A DNA stretch of 64,000 nucleotides from Saccostrea cucullata (Eukaryota), in NCBI RefSeq assembly GCF_032062105.1, contig NW_026937195.1, positions 1 to 64,000 on the forward strand, read 5' to 3'. The notes under the pieces are model-generated. The model worked only from the letters and a program-made list of their open reading frames with translations. It searched no databases and was not told the DNA's origin. Positions 47,926-60,260 of the stretch are shown one piece after another; the first letter of the stretch is position 1; every line of letters begins with the position of its first letter. Position numbers and translations under genes: made by a program.

Positions 47926-48649
47926 CTCTTCGCCCTTTTGCCCTTGTCACAATTAAGTTGGCAAATTTAAAACGGGGCGAATTCAAAGAACACTGTATAA
48001 ATTCTTAAATAGAACTGTTACTGGGCGAATTTAAATCGGGGCTTTGTAAGCAAGTGTAAGAGGGCGAAAATTACACGGGTGAAAAAACTCTGTGCACAGT
48101 ATTTATAGTACTGATATGTTCTTCAAAAATATTTTGTGTTAACAAGTATTCTCTAAAAAAAAATCTGTTCCCTTATTGGGGCCCCACCTTATCCCCAGTG
48201 CCAGTATAAAATAAATTAATCTACTCTGCCTTAGGCATGTTAGGATGCTTATCAGTATGACCAATCAAAGCCCTGCAGTAACTTGAGGAATTCACAAGAT
48301 TCTATTCTACATTTTTCCATTTTAACATTTATCCTCTTCTGTGTGACTGCAGCCTATGCACAGGGACCATGATTTAATAAATATATTTTTATCTTCACTA
48401 TGTCAAATAAATTTCAATTTTTCTGGCTTATTGATTCTGGAGGAGGAATCTTTTAATATAATCTTTGTTATTTTTGCCTTTTCTTGATTATAGTCACTAG
48501 CTGTCATTCATTTGAAAAAAAAATTGGAATATCCTTCACCCAAGGATAATTGGCTGCAAGTTTGATTAAAATAGGTCCAACGTTCTTGAGAAAAAAAAAG
48601 ATAATCTGAAAAGTTTATAGACACACTTAGTTTATAACATTATCACAAG

Positions 48650-49002
48650 TTCTTGTGGACAGGACCCCCCCCCCCCCCCCCATCCCCCCTTTAAATATTC
48701 AACCCCAGGGTTTGTTTAACATTCTTTTTTTACATATTATCTTTATTACACTTATTCGTCATAAGTACAATAGAAAAAAATCGTTAAAACCAAAAATAAT
48801 TGCTCCACAAAAAATACCCCCACTATACATGTCTGCCTAATAAAGAATAGAGAGGCATTTTTGTGGAGCTATTGTTTTGGGGTTTATACATTTTTTTTAT
48901 ATTGTACATATGATGAATAAGTGTAATAAATATAATTTGTGAAAAAATGTCCAACAAACCCTGGGGTTGAATATCAAGGGGGGGGGGGGTCCTATCTATA
49001 AG
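48650..49002. repeat. ~350-bp fold-back MITE
   Basis: AGGACCCCCCCC..ATATTCAACCCCAGGGTTTGTT..GCTCCACAAAAA mirrored by TTTTTGTGGAGC..AACAAACCCTGGGGTTGAATAT..GGGGGGTCCT. Confidence 0.8.
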
Positions 49003-49172
49003 TACCTATGAACTTTATATGCACACTTGCACATTGACAATCTGATTAAAATTAGATCTTTGTCAATGCTTCAAAAGACCACATTGGTCACAATACAAAG
49101 ACCATCACAATATCAGAGCGTAGCTAAGATCTGGTTTTTATTCAGATATGCATGGTGACAAAAAATAAAAAT

Positions 49173-52100
49173 AAACAAGAGATGTTTGTAAAACACTCAG
49201 GCCCCCTTCTCAAAATAATTGTAATTTTTCTAAGTCCAAGGAGCATACTAGTATCTCTGTCCACAATGGTTCGATAAGTAACATTTAAGTGAAAAATGGA
49301 TGCACAATCCAAGCTGGCATACAACATTGAATAAACTTTGAATCAACGATGTTTTTCTATGTTGATTCAACATTGATTATATGTTAGATTTTGAAAATTT
49401 GTATCAACGTTGAAGTCTTAACATTGAATCAACATTGATAATCAACGTTGATTATATGTTGAAAAACAGTTGATTCAACATTTATTCAATTATTTATTTT
49501 GGAAAGGGGGTGTCATATAGTAATAATATACTAACTTAAAATTTCAAGTTTTATTGCACGGTTGCTATGAAGCCTCATAATTGTTGAAGGGATAGTGACC
49601 CTCTGATAAAACAGATAACTTTCAAAGTACCAAATAGTAATACTACTCTCAGTACTTTTAATCAATTCCTGAGACCTCTGAGTAGTCAATTTGGTGAGTT
49701 TGAATTTATGATGGAAATATAGCTTTCTATTTCAAATTTCTTTGTAATTGTTTTATTATATTTAACAATAAAACATTTAAATCCAACTTCAAATGCCTTA
49801 TAAATTGAATAAGTTGTATCTTTTTAAGTACCATTTTAAAAATGGTTTAATATTTCAAATACTTAATGCAGTATTTTAATTAGAATGACTTTTTTTTCAC
49901 ATGAATAAATATTTAGAAGAAAGATAACTCCTCATCACAGATATATTTTTTCTTACAACCGCATACAACATTGTGATTTTCTGACTTAGGAAACGTCACT
50001 CCATGATGTTTTCTAACATGATTTAAATAGGTTTAAGAGTAAGTATTATTTTTCATATGCACCTCATATATTATATTTAATGTTGTAATAAATCGGTACT
50101 CTTTCTATTCTCTGTGTTCAATTTCTTCATTTCTTGATCTGCACAAAAAAATAATTTCTGAAAAAAATAAACAGCGCTTTATACATCAAACTATTTTCCA
50201 TGTGGCTCTAATGTTATCGTTGTTTATGAAAATCAATATTACAAATTTAAAAATTTCTAAGGTGAAAGTTATAGCAGAAGGTCGGGATCCCTTAANNNNN
50301 NNNNNNNNNNNNNNNNNNNNNNNNNNNNNNNNNNNNNNNNNNNNNNNNNNNNNNNNNNNNNNNNNNNNNNNNNNNNNNNNNNNNNNNNNNNNNNNNNNNN
50401 NNNNNNNNNNNNNNNNNNNNNNNNNNNNNNNNNNNNNNNNNNNNNNNNNNNNNNNNNNAATTTCCTATCAATAGTTAATTGTGTTACAATAATTTCAACC
50501 AAAATACATTTTATAAATTAGTCATATTACAAAACCTGAGCATTTATAAACGTTTTGTATTTTCACATGTGGTCATGAAATAGTCCAGAACATGAAACCA
50601 TTCCAAGGTAAGATGCAAATCTTATACGGTAAAACTTTTGATGCACCATGAAGATATGCATTTCGACACATTAATATCTTTTCAATGGTACTAGTACTCT
50701 GACATGCCAAAATGTTTTCTTTAAAGAGTATTTTTTTTTTATTAAATCTTGGTGTTGAGTCCTGAGGGTTGTGTTATGCTGTCTTTTTGAATATTTTCCT
50801 ACTGCGTATCCTCAGCGAAGATCCGACGTTGAATCAATGTTGGCAATTTAACTCAACTTGAATTCAATGTTGAATCAACGTTAAATTTTCAACGTTGAAA
50901 AGTCAACGTTGAATCAATATTGTATCTAGATTTATCAACGTCTAAACCCAACTTCAACTAATATTCAACGTTTAAACAACGTTGTGTGCCTGCTGGGATA
51001 TTTCTCCCTAAGAAAATTATAGACCTGAATTTTGCCCAGTTATATACCATTGATCTTGAATAACACAAAAGAACCTATTGGGTCAAGGTAGAATACACCA
51101 TCAGGCCATGAACAATTTTTTTAACATTTCACAAGTATTAGTTTGCAATGTTTCTCCACTGTTAGTTGTATTGCCTTGACAATGATTCCATCTTTTTTTC
51201 TGCCAGTGCTGGTATAAACTTGCCATAATAAATTTGGGTCAAGGTCATGACACACTCTAAGGTCAGAAGAATTTTTGTACAAGTACGAGTTTCGAAATAT
51301 TCACCATTTCTAGATTACCATTTTCTATCACTGAACTTGAACTTGCCAAAATGGCCTTGAGTCAAAGAACCACGAACGAAAGTATTGTTCTCCCGCCTAC
51401 CTCTTAGTCAATTTTCAAAAGTTAACATATTCGAATGATTTTCAAAACTTTTATAGATATTTAAATGAATATTAATAAAACGTTACTTTTTTGGGATACC
51501 AAAGAGAGATAACTCTATAACTTTGGTAAAACTTGAGTTTTTCACAATAGAAATCAATGGAAAACGGAAAATATTTTAAAAACATCTTTCCCCCCGTGAA
51601 ACAAAAATTCCTTTTTACAGGTAATATAGACTGTCATTTTACAAATTTATGCCAAAGCTTTTTGTGTTTCACGGGGGGGGGGGGACATATGTTTATAGAC
51701 AAAAAAAACGGAAAAATGCTGATTTTTCACCAATTCTAAAGCTATCTACAACTAAATAATTGTATTTTATTAATTTATATATGTTTTATTTATTTGCGGA
51801 AAACATTAGAGAAGATATGAGATACATTTTATCATATTTAAGACTATTTCAAAATATGGTGGTTCTTGAAAGTTCGATTTCACTAGAAAATAGCGTCTAC
51901 CCCCCTTTTTTCGAGAGCTGAAATTAATGATAATTTACTATCAAGCGCTGGAATTAAAATGATTAATCAATTACCATAGAACTGTTCTTTGTATGAAACA
52001 AAGATTTAACGGCCAAATTGCCATTAAAATTGAATTTAATGGGTGTAAAATGTAGGCGGGAATCAAGAGTTAGAGTACGTGGTTCTTCGTGACATACCCT

Positions 52101-52400
52101 CAGGTCATAAACAATTTTTAAAGCAAGAATGAGTTTTCAATGATCCTGCATTACAGAGTTATAGACTCGATATGGATAATTTTATATTATTTTTATGTCA
52201 GTAATCTTAAACTTGCTGGACCCTTGCTCTGAGGTCATGACCTGGACATAAACAATCTCTCTACCAAGTATGAACTTCCAATGATTCTCTATCATCTCCA
52301 TCACAGAGTTATAGCCAAGGCAAAAATTTTATACATTTTACCATGAAACTGCTGAAATGGCCATAATCTGTATCTACAGTACATGTGTGTCACAAATTAT
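49173..52400 (+). mobile_element. Second HINE-like family copy with nested MITEs (CCCAG-type ~49308-50997; AAGAACCACG-type ~51366-52088); inverted homologue at ~56960-58190
   Basis: AACAAGAGATGTTTGTAAAACAC head; body matches the reverse complement of 56960-57510; nested TIR pairs visible. Confidence 0.6.
50296..50458. other. Assembly gap
   Basis: N run. Confidence 1.
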
Positions 52401-52520
52401 AAATATTACAACTGCAAAAACAGTTTCTTATTTGCCTTCCTTGTTATAACTCTTCAGTTTTGGTTTTTATTTTTGGCATTAACTGAGTTACTGAGGTGAA
52501 TTATTCGAGGAACATAATGA

Positions 52521-54665
52521 ACAAGATGTGTTTGTGAAACACTGATGCTCCCGTATGGCAACATAGCGAAGGTTATAAGCTTTCTCAAATGCAGATCAAA
52601 TATGTTGGTGCCAAAAGTAAGGTCTTTTCACAAGAAATGAGACATGTATATAAAATGGTAGCTACACCTGTTCCAGGGTTATGACTAAGGTTAACATTTT
52701 ATAAGGTTGGACAAACTCCTGGTCAAGGTCAAAGGGTCAAGATTGTTGGTTTCAAAATAAAGGCCTTGTCTTAAAGATTATGTATGGGAAGTATGAAAGC
52801 TCTGGCCCTTACCGTTCAAAGGTTATGGCCAAGGTTATAAAGTTTGTAAAAAAGTAAGTCAAACTCCAAGGTCAAGGTCAAAGGGTCAAGATTATTTTTA
52901 TCCATTGAATGATCTTGCCACGAGCATAACACATGTAAATTATGAAAGCTCTAGTCCTACTGTTCAAAAGTTATGGTCAACGTTAACGTTTGTAAAAGTA
53001 GGTCAAACTCCAATTTCAAGGTCAAAGGGTCAAGGTTCTTGATATTAAATGAAAGGTCTTGTCACAAGGTTAAAATTTTTGAAGTATGAATGCCCTAGTT
53101 CTAACCCTTCAAAAATTACAGTCAAGGTTGTATTTTTTAGTAGGTCAAACGCCAAGGTCAAAAGGTCAAGGTTCTTTGTATCCAATGGAAGGTCTTTTCT
53201 AAAGAATTAAATACGTAAAGTATGAAAGCCCTAATACTTATTGTTCAAAAGTTATAGCCACGTTTAAAGATTTTTAATAGGTACGGAAATCTCCAAGGTC
53301 AAGGTCACAAGGTTAAGATTGTTGGTTTCCAATGAAAGGTCTTTCAAAAAAAAATACATGTTTCAAGCATAAATGTCCTGGTGTTTACAGTTCAAAAGAT
53401 ATGGCCAAAGTAAAAGTTCAAAAGTTTTGTGTAAAAGTGGGTCAAACTCCAAGGTCAAGGTCAAAAGGTCAAATTTGGTGGTACCCAAAGAAAGGTCACA
53501 AGGAATACACATGTGATATATAAATATCATAGCTCAACTAAATCAAAAGTTTTAGGCAAGGTTAAAGTTTTTGCGGACAAACAGACAGGTATGCTTCAAC
53601 CACTATTGAAATAACGACACTACTAACTTAATAATTTCAATAATGGTCGTTGATATTACCTCTGTTGAAATTGGCTAATGTTCACTTCTGAAATAAATAT
53701 TTCAAATGTGATTAACATTTAAATTTTAAAAGTGATTTAAATATTGATTTCAGCAGTGCTTTAAATATGGTTCCTATAGATATTTAAATAATTAATAGTT
53801 ACTGACAATGATTTCAATAGTAAAACCACTTTGCAAGCTCTATAGAAGTAGCCCATATATTAAAACAAATATAAGTATGAATTTCACATTCTGTTTTCTA
53901 CCACAATAAACGAATTTATTGAGTTTGACATTTGTTATAACATACGATAACTAAAATGGTTCTGTTTTCCTTTTTTGTAGAAAGTTCAATTAATACTATG
54001 ACACTTTTTATTATACTGACCTTTCTATGATTCAAACAAGTATGGGAATGTTATAAGCAAGTTTAAGCTACAGACAATATAATATATGCAATTTTGAAAT
54101 AATTTGTTAAGAAATTAAAAAGCAAAATTTCTAGGGAAGTTAATATTAGGTTTATTAAAATGGTAGGTGTTATTTCAGTAGTGATTAAAATGCAGTGGTA
54201 CGGTGTTTTGAAACGTATTTTTAGGTTCTTTATAATTTAGTCATTCACAAGTAGTCGTAATTTTAATAGTTAACTCAATAAATGAATGAAAAAATTTTAG
54301 AGAACATAAAGAACCATCAATCCTTGTATTTTTTAATAGTTAGGTTATTTCAACAAGTCTTGCAGTGTGGTTTTGCTATAAATTATCAGCAACTATCAAA
54401 GTAGTTATTTAATTCAATTTTGAAATAATTGTTTCACTACTATGTTTGGTATTGAAATGCACTCTAAACCACTATTGATATAAATATTTCAATAGTGGTC
54501 GTATTTCAATAGTGGTTGCATACTACGTTTAATTGTTATTGAAATTCACTCTCAACCAGTATTGAAATAATTATTTCAATAGCATTCGTTATTTCAATAG
54601 TGGTTGCAACACAGCTAGACAGACAGACAGAGAGATAGACAGAAACTTCGTTTACAGGGGCATAA
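52521..54665 (+). mobile_element. Full HINE-like element with a TIR element (~53590-54611) inserted in its CAGA microsatellite
   Basis: Complete head and GAAACTTCGTTTACAGGGGCAT tail; nested TIR CAACCACTATTGAAATAACGA. Confidence 0.8.
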
Positions 54666-55429
54666 TGATATCCCAGCTCAAAATCCACAGACAGACAGAC
54701 TCACAATACAGATGTGTACAATACAGTATTCTGATATTGTCAAAGCTGGACAATTCACAAGGTACCACACCACAGGTACATATATATTACTTGACCTACA
54801 TACCACATACTTAACAGGTCAGTTATTGTCAAAGGGTTTACTAATTAGACTGTGTGGGATACATACCCAGCTACACACCATTATAGTCAGACAATTGTAA
54901 TTGATGTAAGGAACTTTTTCAGTAAAATAATTTCATTTTGATTGCACTTTTGTGACCAGTGACCATATCATCTGGTCAGTGGCTGACTCAGCATACCGGT
55001 ATTTCTGTCATTCAGAAATTACTTTTTTATGTTTATTGACAATTTCTAATAAATAATAGTAAATCATCCCCATGTCAAAATAAAAATTAACTTTTCTTCC
55101 CGGCCTGTCTGTCATAATCATGATAATAGGGAAACAAGGGGGGATGAAACATCCTATAGGTTTTATAGTCATTTCATGGTCATTTCAGCAATTTCATGGT
55201 AACTGTCAATAAAAGAGTATAAAATTCTTGCCTGGGATATAACTTTGTGATAAAGAATCGATGGAAATTCATTCTTGGTAGAGAAATTGTTTATTTCCAG
55301 CATATCTATACCCCAAAGGTCATTCTAGCAAGTTTAAGATTACTCAGTCTGATATAAAACCAGAAGTCTCTGTCAAGACTGTAGCTCTACTGGTTTGTAC
55401 TTATAACAAAGGATGAGAAAAAAAGCCAT

Positions 55430-56845
55430 TGTCATCAGACCAAAACTGTAGGAGGAGTAACGTTTTAAGGTAGTCCGATACTCAGATTTATATAATTAGC
55501 AGTTAAGTAATCAAAAATACTCATTAAAGTATCTCTGAATCACCAAAGTTATGCAAATTTATCCGCAGTATTTCTTTAAAGTTAAAGATTAAAGTTAATC
55601 ATATTATATAAAAAAAAAAATAGCCAAATCTCCAACGTTTTTGTAAAAGAAGCGAATTGGAATATCAGCAATGCATTTGATTTTCTAATAGAAAATTGAT
55701 CAACAAATATATTTTAGGTTAAGAAATGATAGGAATCCATGCATTTAGAGAAATCGTCATGATTTTCATACTTATTTGGTATTTTTTGTCTTCTATTTCC
55801 ATCATGTGTTCTATAATACATAGTGTAAAAGACTTTGCTATCATAACAAGACGCCACAAATCAATTTTTATTTCTTATCATGCTAATAAGCATTTGTATC
55901 TTTGGCTGGATTCAAGAAAATCTCATTTCTCTAAAACTGCATGAATTATTTTTCCTTTTATTGGGTCCAAATGTCAATTTTTATAAGACTTTTTCTAAGA
56001 CTTCAAAAAACATTTAATTTTATAAAGATGGATAAAATAAAAATTGTTGAATGAAAAAATTAGTTTTTAATTCAAATTAAATACTAATTTTTGGAGTTAT
56101 CCTTCCTAGCTGAGGATCGGAAATCCTTAAAGGAATTTCACAGACATTTCTATCTCAAGTAACCATGGCAACACCGTTCATAGAAATCAAAAACTGATGC
56201 ACTGAAATACTAGTATGTATCACACTGTAGTCTACTTGTTGCCAAGTTATATTGAATTCAGACCAAAACTGTAGAAGCAGTAGCGTTTTAAAGGAATTTC
56301 ACAGAAAATTCTATTTTTAGTTACCATGGCAATACTATTCATCAAAAAACCGATGCACTCTTTTATGTATCTTAGTGTAGTCTACTCGTGTGCCAAGTTA
56401 TATTGAAATCAGACCAAAACTGTAGAAGTTGTAGCATTTTAAAGGAATTTCACAGAAAATTCTTTTTTTAGTAACCATGGCTACAATCAAAAACCTATGC
56501 ACTAAATAATTTATCTTAGTGCAGTTTACCTGTGCGCAAAGTTATATTGAAATCAGACCAAAACTGTAGGATGAGTAGCATTTTAAACGAATTTCACAGA
56601 AAATTTATTTTTAGTAACCATGGCAACACCGTTCATCGAAATAAAAAACGAATGCACTATTTTATGTATCTTAGTGTACGCTACTTGTTGCCAAGATATA
56701 TTGAAATCAGACCAAAACTGTCGAAGGAGTAGCGTTTTGAAAAATTGTTTACAGTCAGATGGACAGCTAGACGGACGGACGGATGATGGACTCCTTACTA
56801 TTGCATAAGCTCTTCTGGTCTCTGACCAGTTAAGAGCTAAAAATA
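55430..56845 (-). mobile_element. HINE-like element with ~135-150-bp tandem units, interrupted by a TTAA MITE (~55469-56126; inverted relative at ~57510-58161)
   Basis: Repeated CAGACCAAAACTGTAG..AGGAATTTCACAGA..AACCATGGCAA; GACG microsatellite and GAGCTAAAAA end. Confidence 0.7.
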
Positions 56846-58913
56846 ATATAAATTATTTTCCAGTCTAAATCGTTGTAATGCAGAATTATTGGAAACTGGT
56901 CTCTGACCAGTGAGCTAAAAAATAATATTAAATTATTTTCCAGTCTATATCTTTGTAATGCAGAATTATTGGAAACTCATACTTGCTACAAAAATTATTT
57001 ATGGCCTGAGGGTATGTCATGAATTTGACTCAAGGTCAATTTGGCGAGTAAAGGTAAGTGATAGAGAATGGTGAGAAAATATCTTGGTTATAACCTAGCA
57101 GAGGCGAATCTTTGGAAACTCGAATTACTTGTACAAAAATTTCCTCTGACCTGAGTGTGTCATGACCTTGACCCAAATTCATTTTCGCAAGTTTGAATAT
57201 TCTCTGGCAGATAAAAAGATGTGGAATTGTTGTCAAATCAATACAACTTAGCAGCGGAGAAACATTGCAAACTAATACTTGTAAAATGTTACAAAAATTG
57301 TTCATGACCTGATGGTGTTTTCTACCTTGACACAATAGGTCTTCTGTGTAATTCAAGGTCACTGGTATAAAAAAAGGGCAAAATTAAAGTCTTTAATTTT
57401 CTAATGGAGTAATATTGTGCGTCCATTTTTCAATTAAATGTTACTTATCGGACATAGTTATGCCTCTTGGACTTAGAAAAATTACAATTATTTGTGGAAG
57501 GGGGCTTAAGAATAATATCCAATCCTAAGCCAGAAAGAATTTCTCCAAAAATTAATATTTAATTTTAAATGCATAAAAATTAAGCTTGGAAATGAAATTT
57601 TTTCATGCAACAATATTCATCTTTATAAGATCCAAGGATTTTGAAAGTCTTAAAAAAGGTCCTATAAAAGTTGAAATTTGTACCCTATAAAAGAAAGAAA
57701 ATAAAGTTTTAGAAAAAATAAGATTTTCTTGATTCCAGCCTTAGATACCAATGCTTAATAGCATGATATAAAATAAGAATGAATTGATTTGTAGTGACCT
57801 GCAATAATAGCAAAAGCCTATTAGACTATGTATTATAGAATACATTACAGAAATATAAGACAAAAATGCCAAATAAGTATAAAAAGCGTGACAATTTCTC
57901 TGAATGCCTAGATACCTATATTTTACCTAAAATATTTTTGTTGATCAATTTGCAATTAGAAAATGCATTACTGATATTCCAATTCGCTTTTTCTGCAAAA
58001 TATTGGAGATTTGACAATTTTCCCAATATAATATGATTAACTTTAATCTTTAACTTTAAAGAAATACTGAGGATAAATCTACATAACTTTGTGGATTAAG
58101 AGATACTTTTATGAGTATTTTTGATTAACTGCTAATTTTATAAATCTGAGAAACAGACTACTTTAAGTGTTTTACAAACATCTCTTGTTTATTTTTAGCC
58201 CTTCTGTGCCAAAGGCTCAAAGAGCTAATGCTATGGCCATTTGTGCAGTGTGCGTAAACTTTTTAGTATATCATTCGTATATAGGTCGATGTAACAAGTG
58301 CAATATTTTAATTCCTACCATGCTCCAGAATAAAATAAATATTTATACTCAATGATTATTATTTACTGAGTATTATACAGATTTATACCTAAGTTATTTG
58401 AAAATAAATTATATTTTCTATCTCCTTTAAGGAATGGTGCATATAGACCTTCTAGTTTGTCATTTGACATTTGACCTGGGAAAGAATATCTCCTAAAAAG
58501 ATATTTGGACCCATGCTGAATACAATTTACTGCAAAACTTAGCTGACTAAGAGGGAGACACTGAGAAAGGAGCAAGATATGGACAGACAGACATGGTGAA
58601 TACAGTATTTTCCCTTCAAATATTTTTAATGAAATAAAAAAAATACTTGTTTTAACAATTTTTATTTTTCTAAAATTGGTGATTTTCTTCACAAACATTT
58701 GTATGTAATAAAGAATAATAAGAACTTGAAAATCTCGAGATCACGTGACACCAACCGGAGATGGACGCTTAAAAATTCTGTCCGGTGTTTGGTCTGTTTT
58801 TGGTGCTAATTTGTTGGGATTTTTATTCCTGTCACTTGAATTTTGGACAACATACGTTCGTGAGTGTCTGGGATACCTTTTATATTATATTCTGTGAATT
58901 ATATACCCCGAAA

Positions 58914-60125
58914 ATGCAAAGGAGAGGAAGATCAAATAGTACAAAGAAAACGGCTGATAAGAGTTCACCTATGGGGGCAGGCAAGACTATTGATACGAAC
59001 TCACTACAAAGCGAAAGCCTTCCAGAGTCGGTCCCGTTAGATAGTGAAAAGGGCAGTGTAGCGAGATCACGGTCTGCTAATAACAAAACTGACGATCATG
59101 ACGCTGAAGAACACAGCCTAAATGCACAGCTTAAGTATGTCTGTGAACAAGCAGAATGTAATTATAATGAAATATCTACACTTAGGTCAGAAAACGCCTA
59201 CTTGCGCAGAGAGGTAGAGCTGCTGCGATCAGTGGTTATCAGGATTGACAGAAAAATGTCTGTGATGGACAATGAAATCACTGATTTGCGAGCTAGGTCT
59301 ATGCGTGACAATATTTTAATACATAACTATCCATATTCCCATAATGAAGATCTTGCTTCTACTATGCCAGAAATTTTTAAGCAAACACTAGGGGTAGACG
59401 TCAAATTCGTTAGAATTCATAGAAACGGAGTTCGTCCTCAGCACTCGGATCGACCAGTGTCTATCACGGCCAAGCTGATGGACGGTAAGAAAAAAGACGA
59501 AATTCTCAGCGCCCAGAAAATTAAAAAAATAGCGAAGGTTCCCTTGCCGTTTTACATTACCCCACAATAACCTCTGTCCATTGTTTCTGCCAGAAATAAA
59601 CTTTTTGACAAATCAGATTCTTTCAAAAAACAGAACATTACTGTGAAAATGTCAAGAAATAGCCTCACTTTACCAAATGGCGATAAATATAGCGAGGAAG
59701 TTCCGCTGCTCACCAGTGCAGATGTTTTACAAATCGAATCGTCTGAAACACAGAAATTAGATGACATTCCTACAAAAAGCGTAGATCCTGTACGAAAAAA
59801 TGGATCTGAATTCTTTGCCATTGGATCTGAGGTAGACTCGGTGGAAAGTGTTCAAAACTTCTACAAGAAGGCCTGCATCGACCCCTATGTCGCCAGTGTC
59901 GACAGCAGAATTTTAGTTTATAGATTCCGAGAAAACGATAAAGTGACTGAAAACTATCATGATGATGGTGAACATGGAGCGGGTCGACGCCTCCTTAAAT
60001 TCATGCAGGACAACCAAATCTTCAACGCGGCTATCATTGTGACGAGATGGATGGGGGATCATATTGGACCCGAGCGTTTTACCATCATGGAGAACCTCCT
60101 GAACGATGTTGCGAATCTACTATAG
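58914..60125 (+). pseudogene. LINE ORF1-like protein (coiled coil, RRM-like, CTD) fused to an IMPACT/YigZ UPF0029 domain; single in-frame TAA at 59568-59570
   Basis: ORFs 58785-59570 and 59643-60125 share a frame; EITDLRARSMRDNILIHN, FVRIHR.G, RPVSITAKL ORF1 motifs; DDGEHGAGRRLL..IIVTRWMGDHIGPERF IMPACT signature; intronless; GGAGATGGACGC-type 5' UTR from ~58739. Confidence 0.8.
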
Positions 60126-60260
60126 GAACAATAAAAAAAACTATGTGAGTGAACTAAAGTGTGAATAGGGACTTTCTCTAATTCATAACATCAATATATT
60201 GTTTTCTTTGGTTCAAGTGCTTTTTATTGACTATTGCGGAAAATGCCACCGTATGGTTCT

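Noticed and set aside
58785-58913. Hydrophobic leader on the ORF1-like protein
   Set aside because: GTG-initiated read-through of a T-rich 5' UTR; first ATG is at 58914
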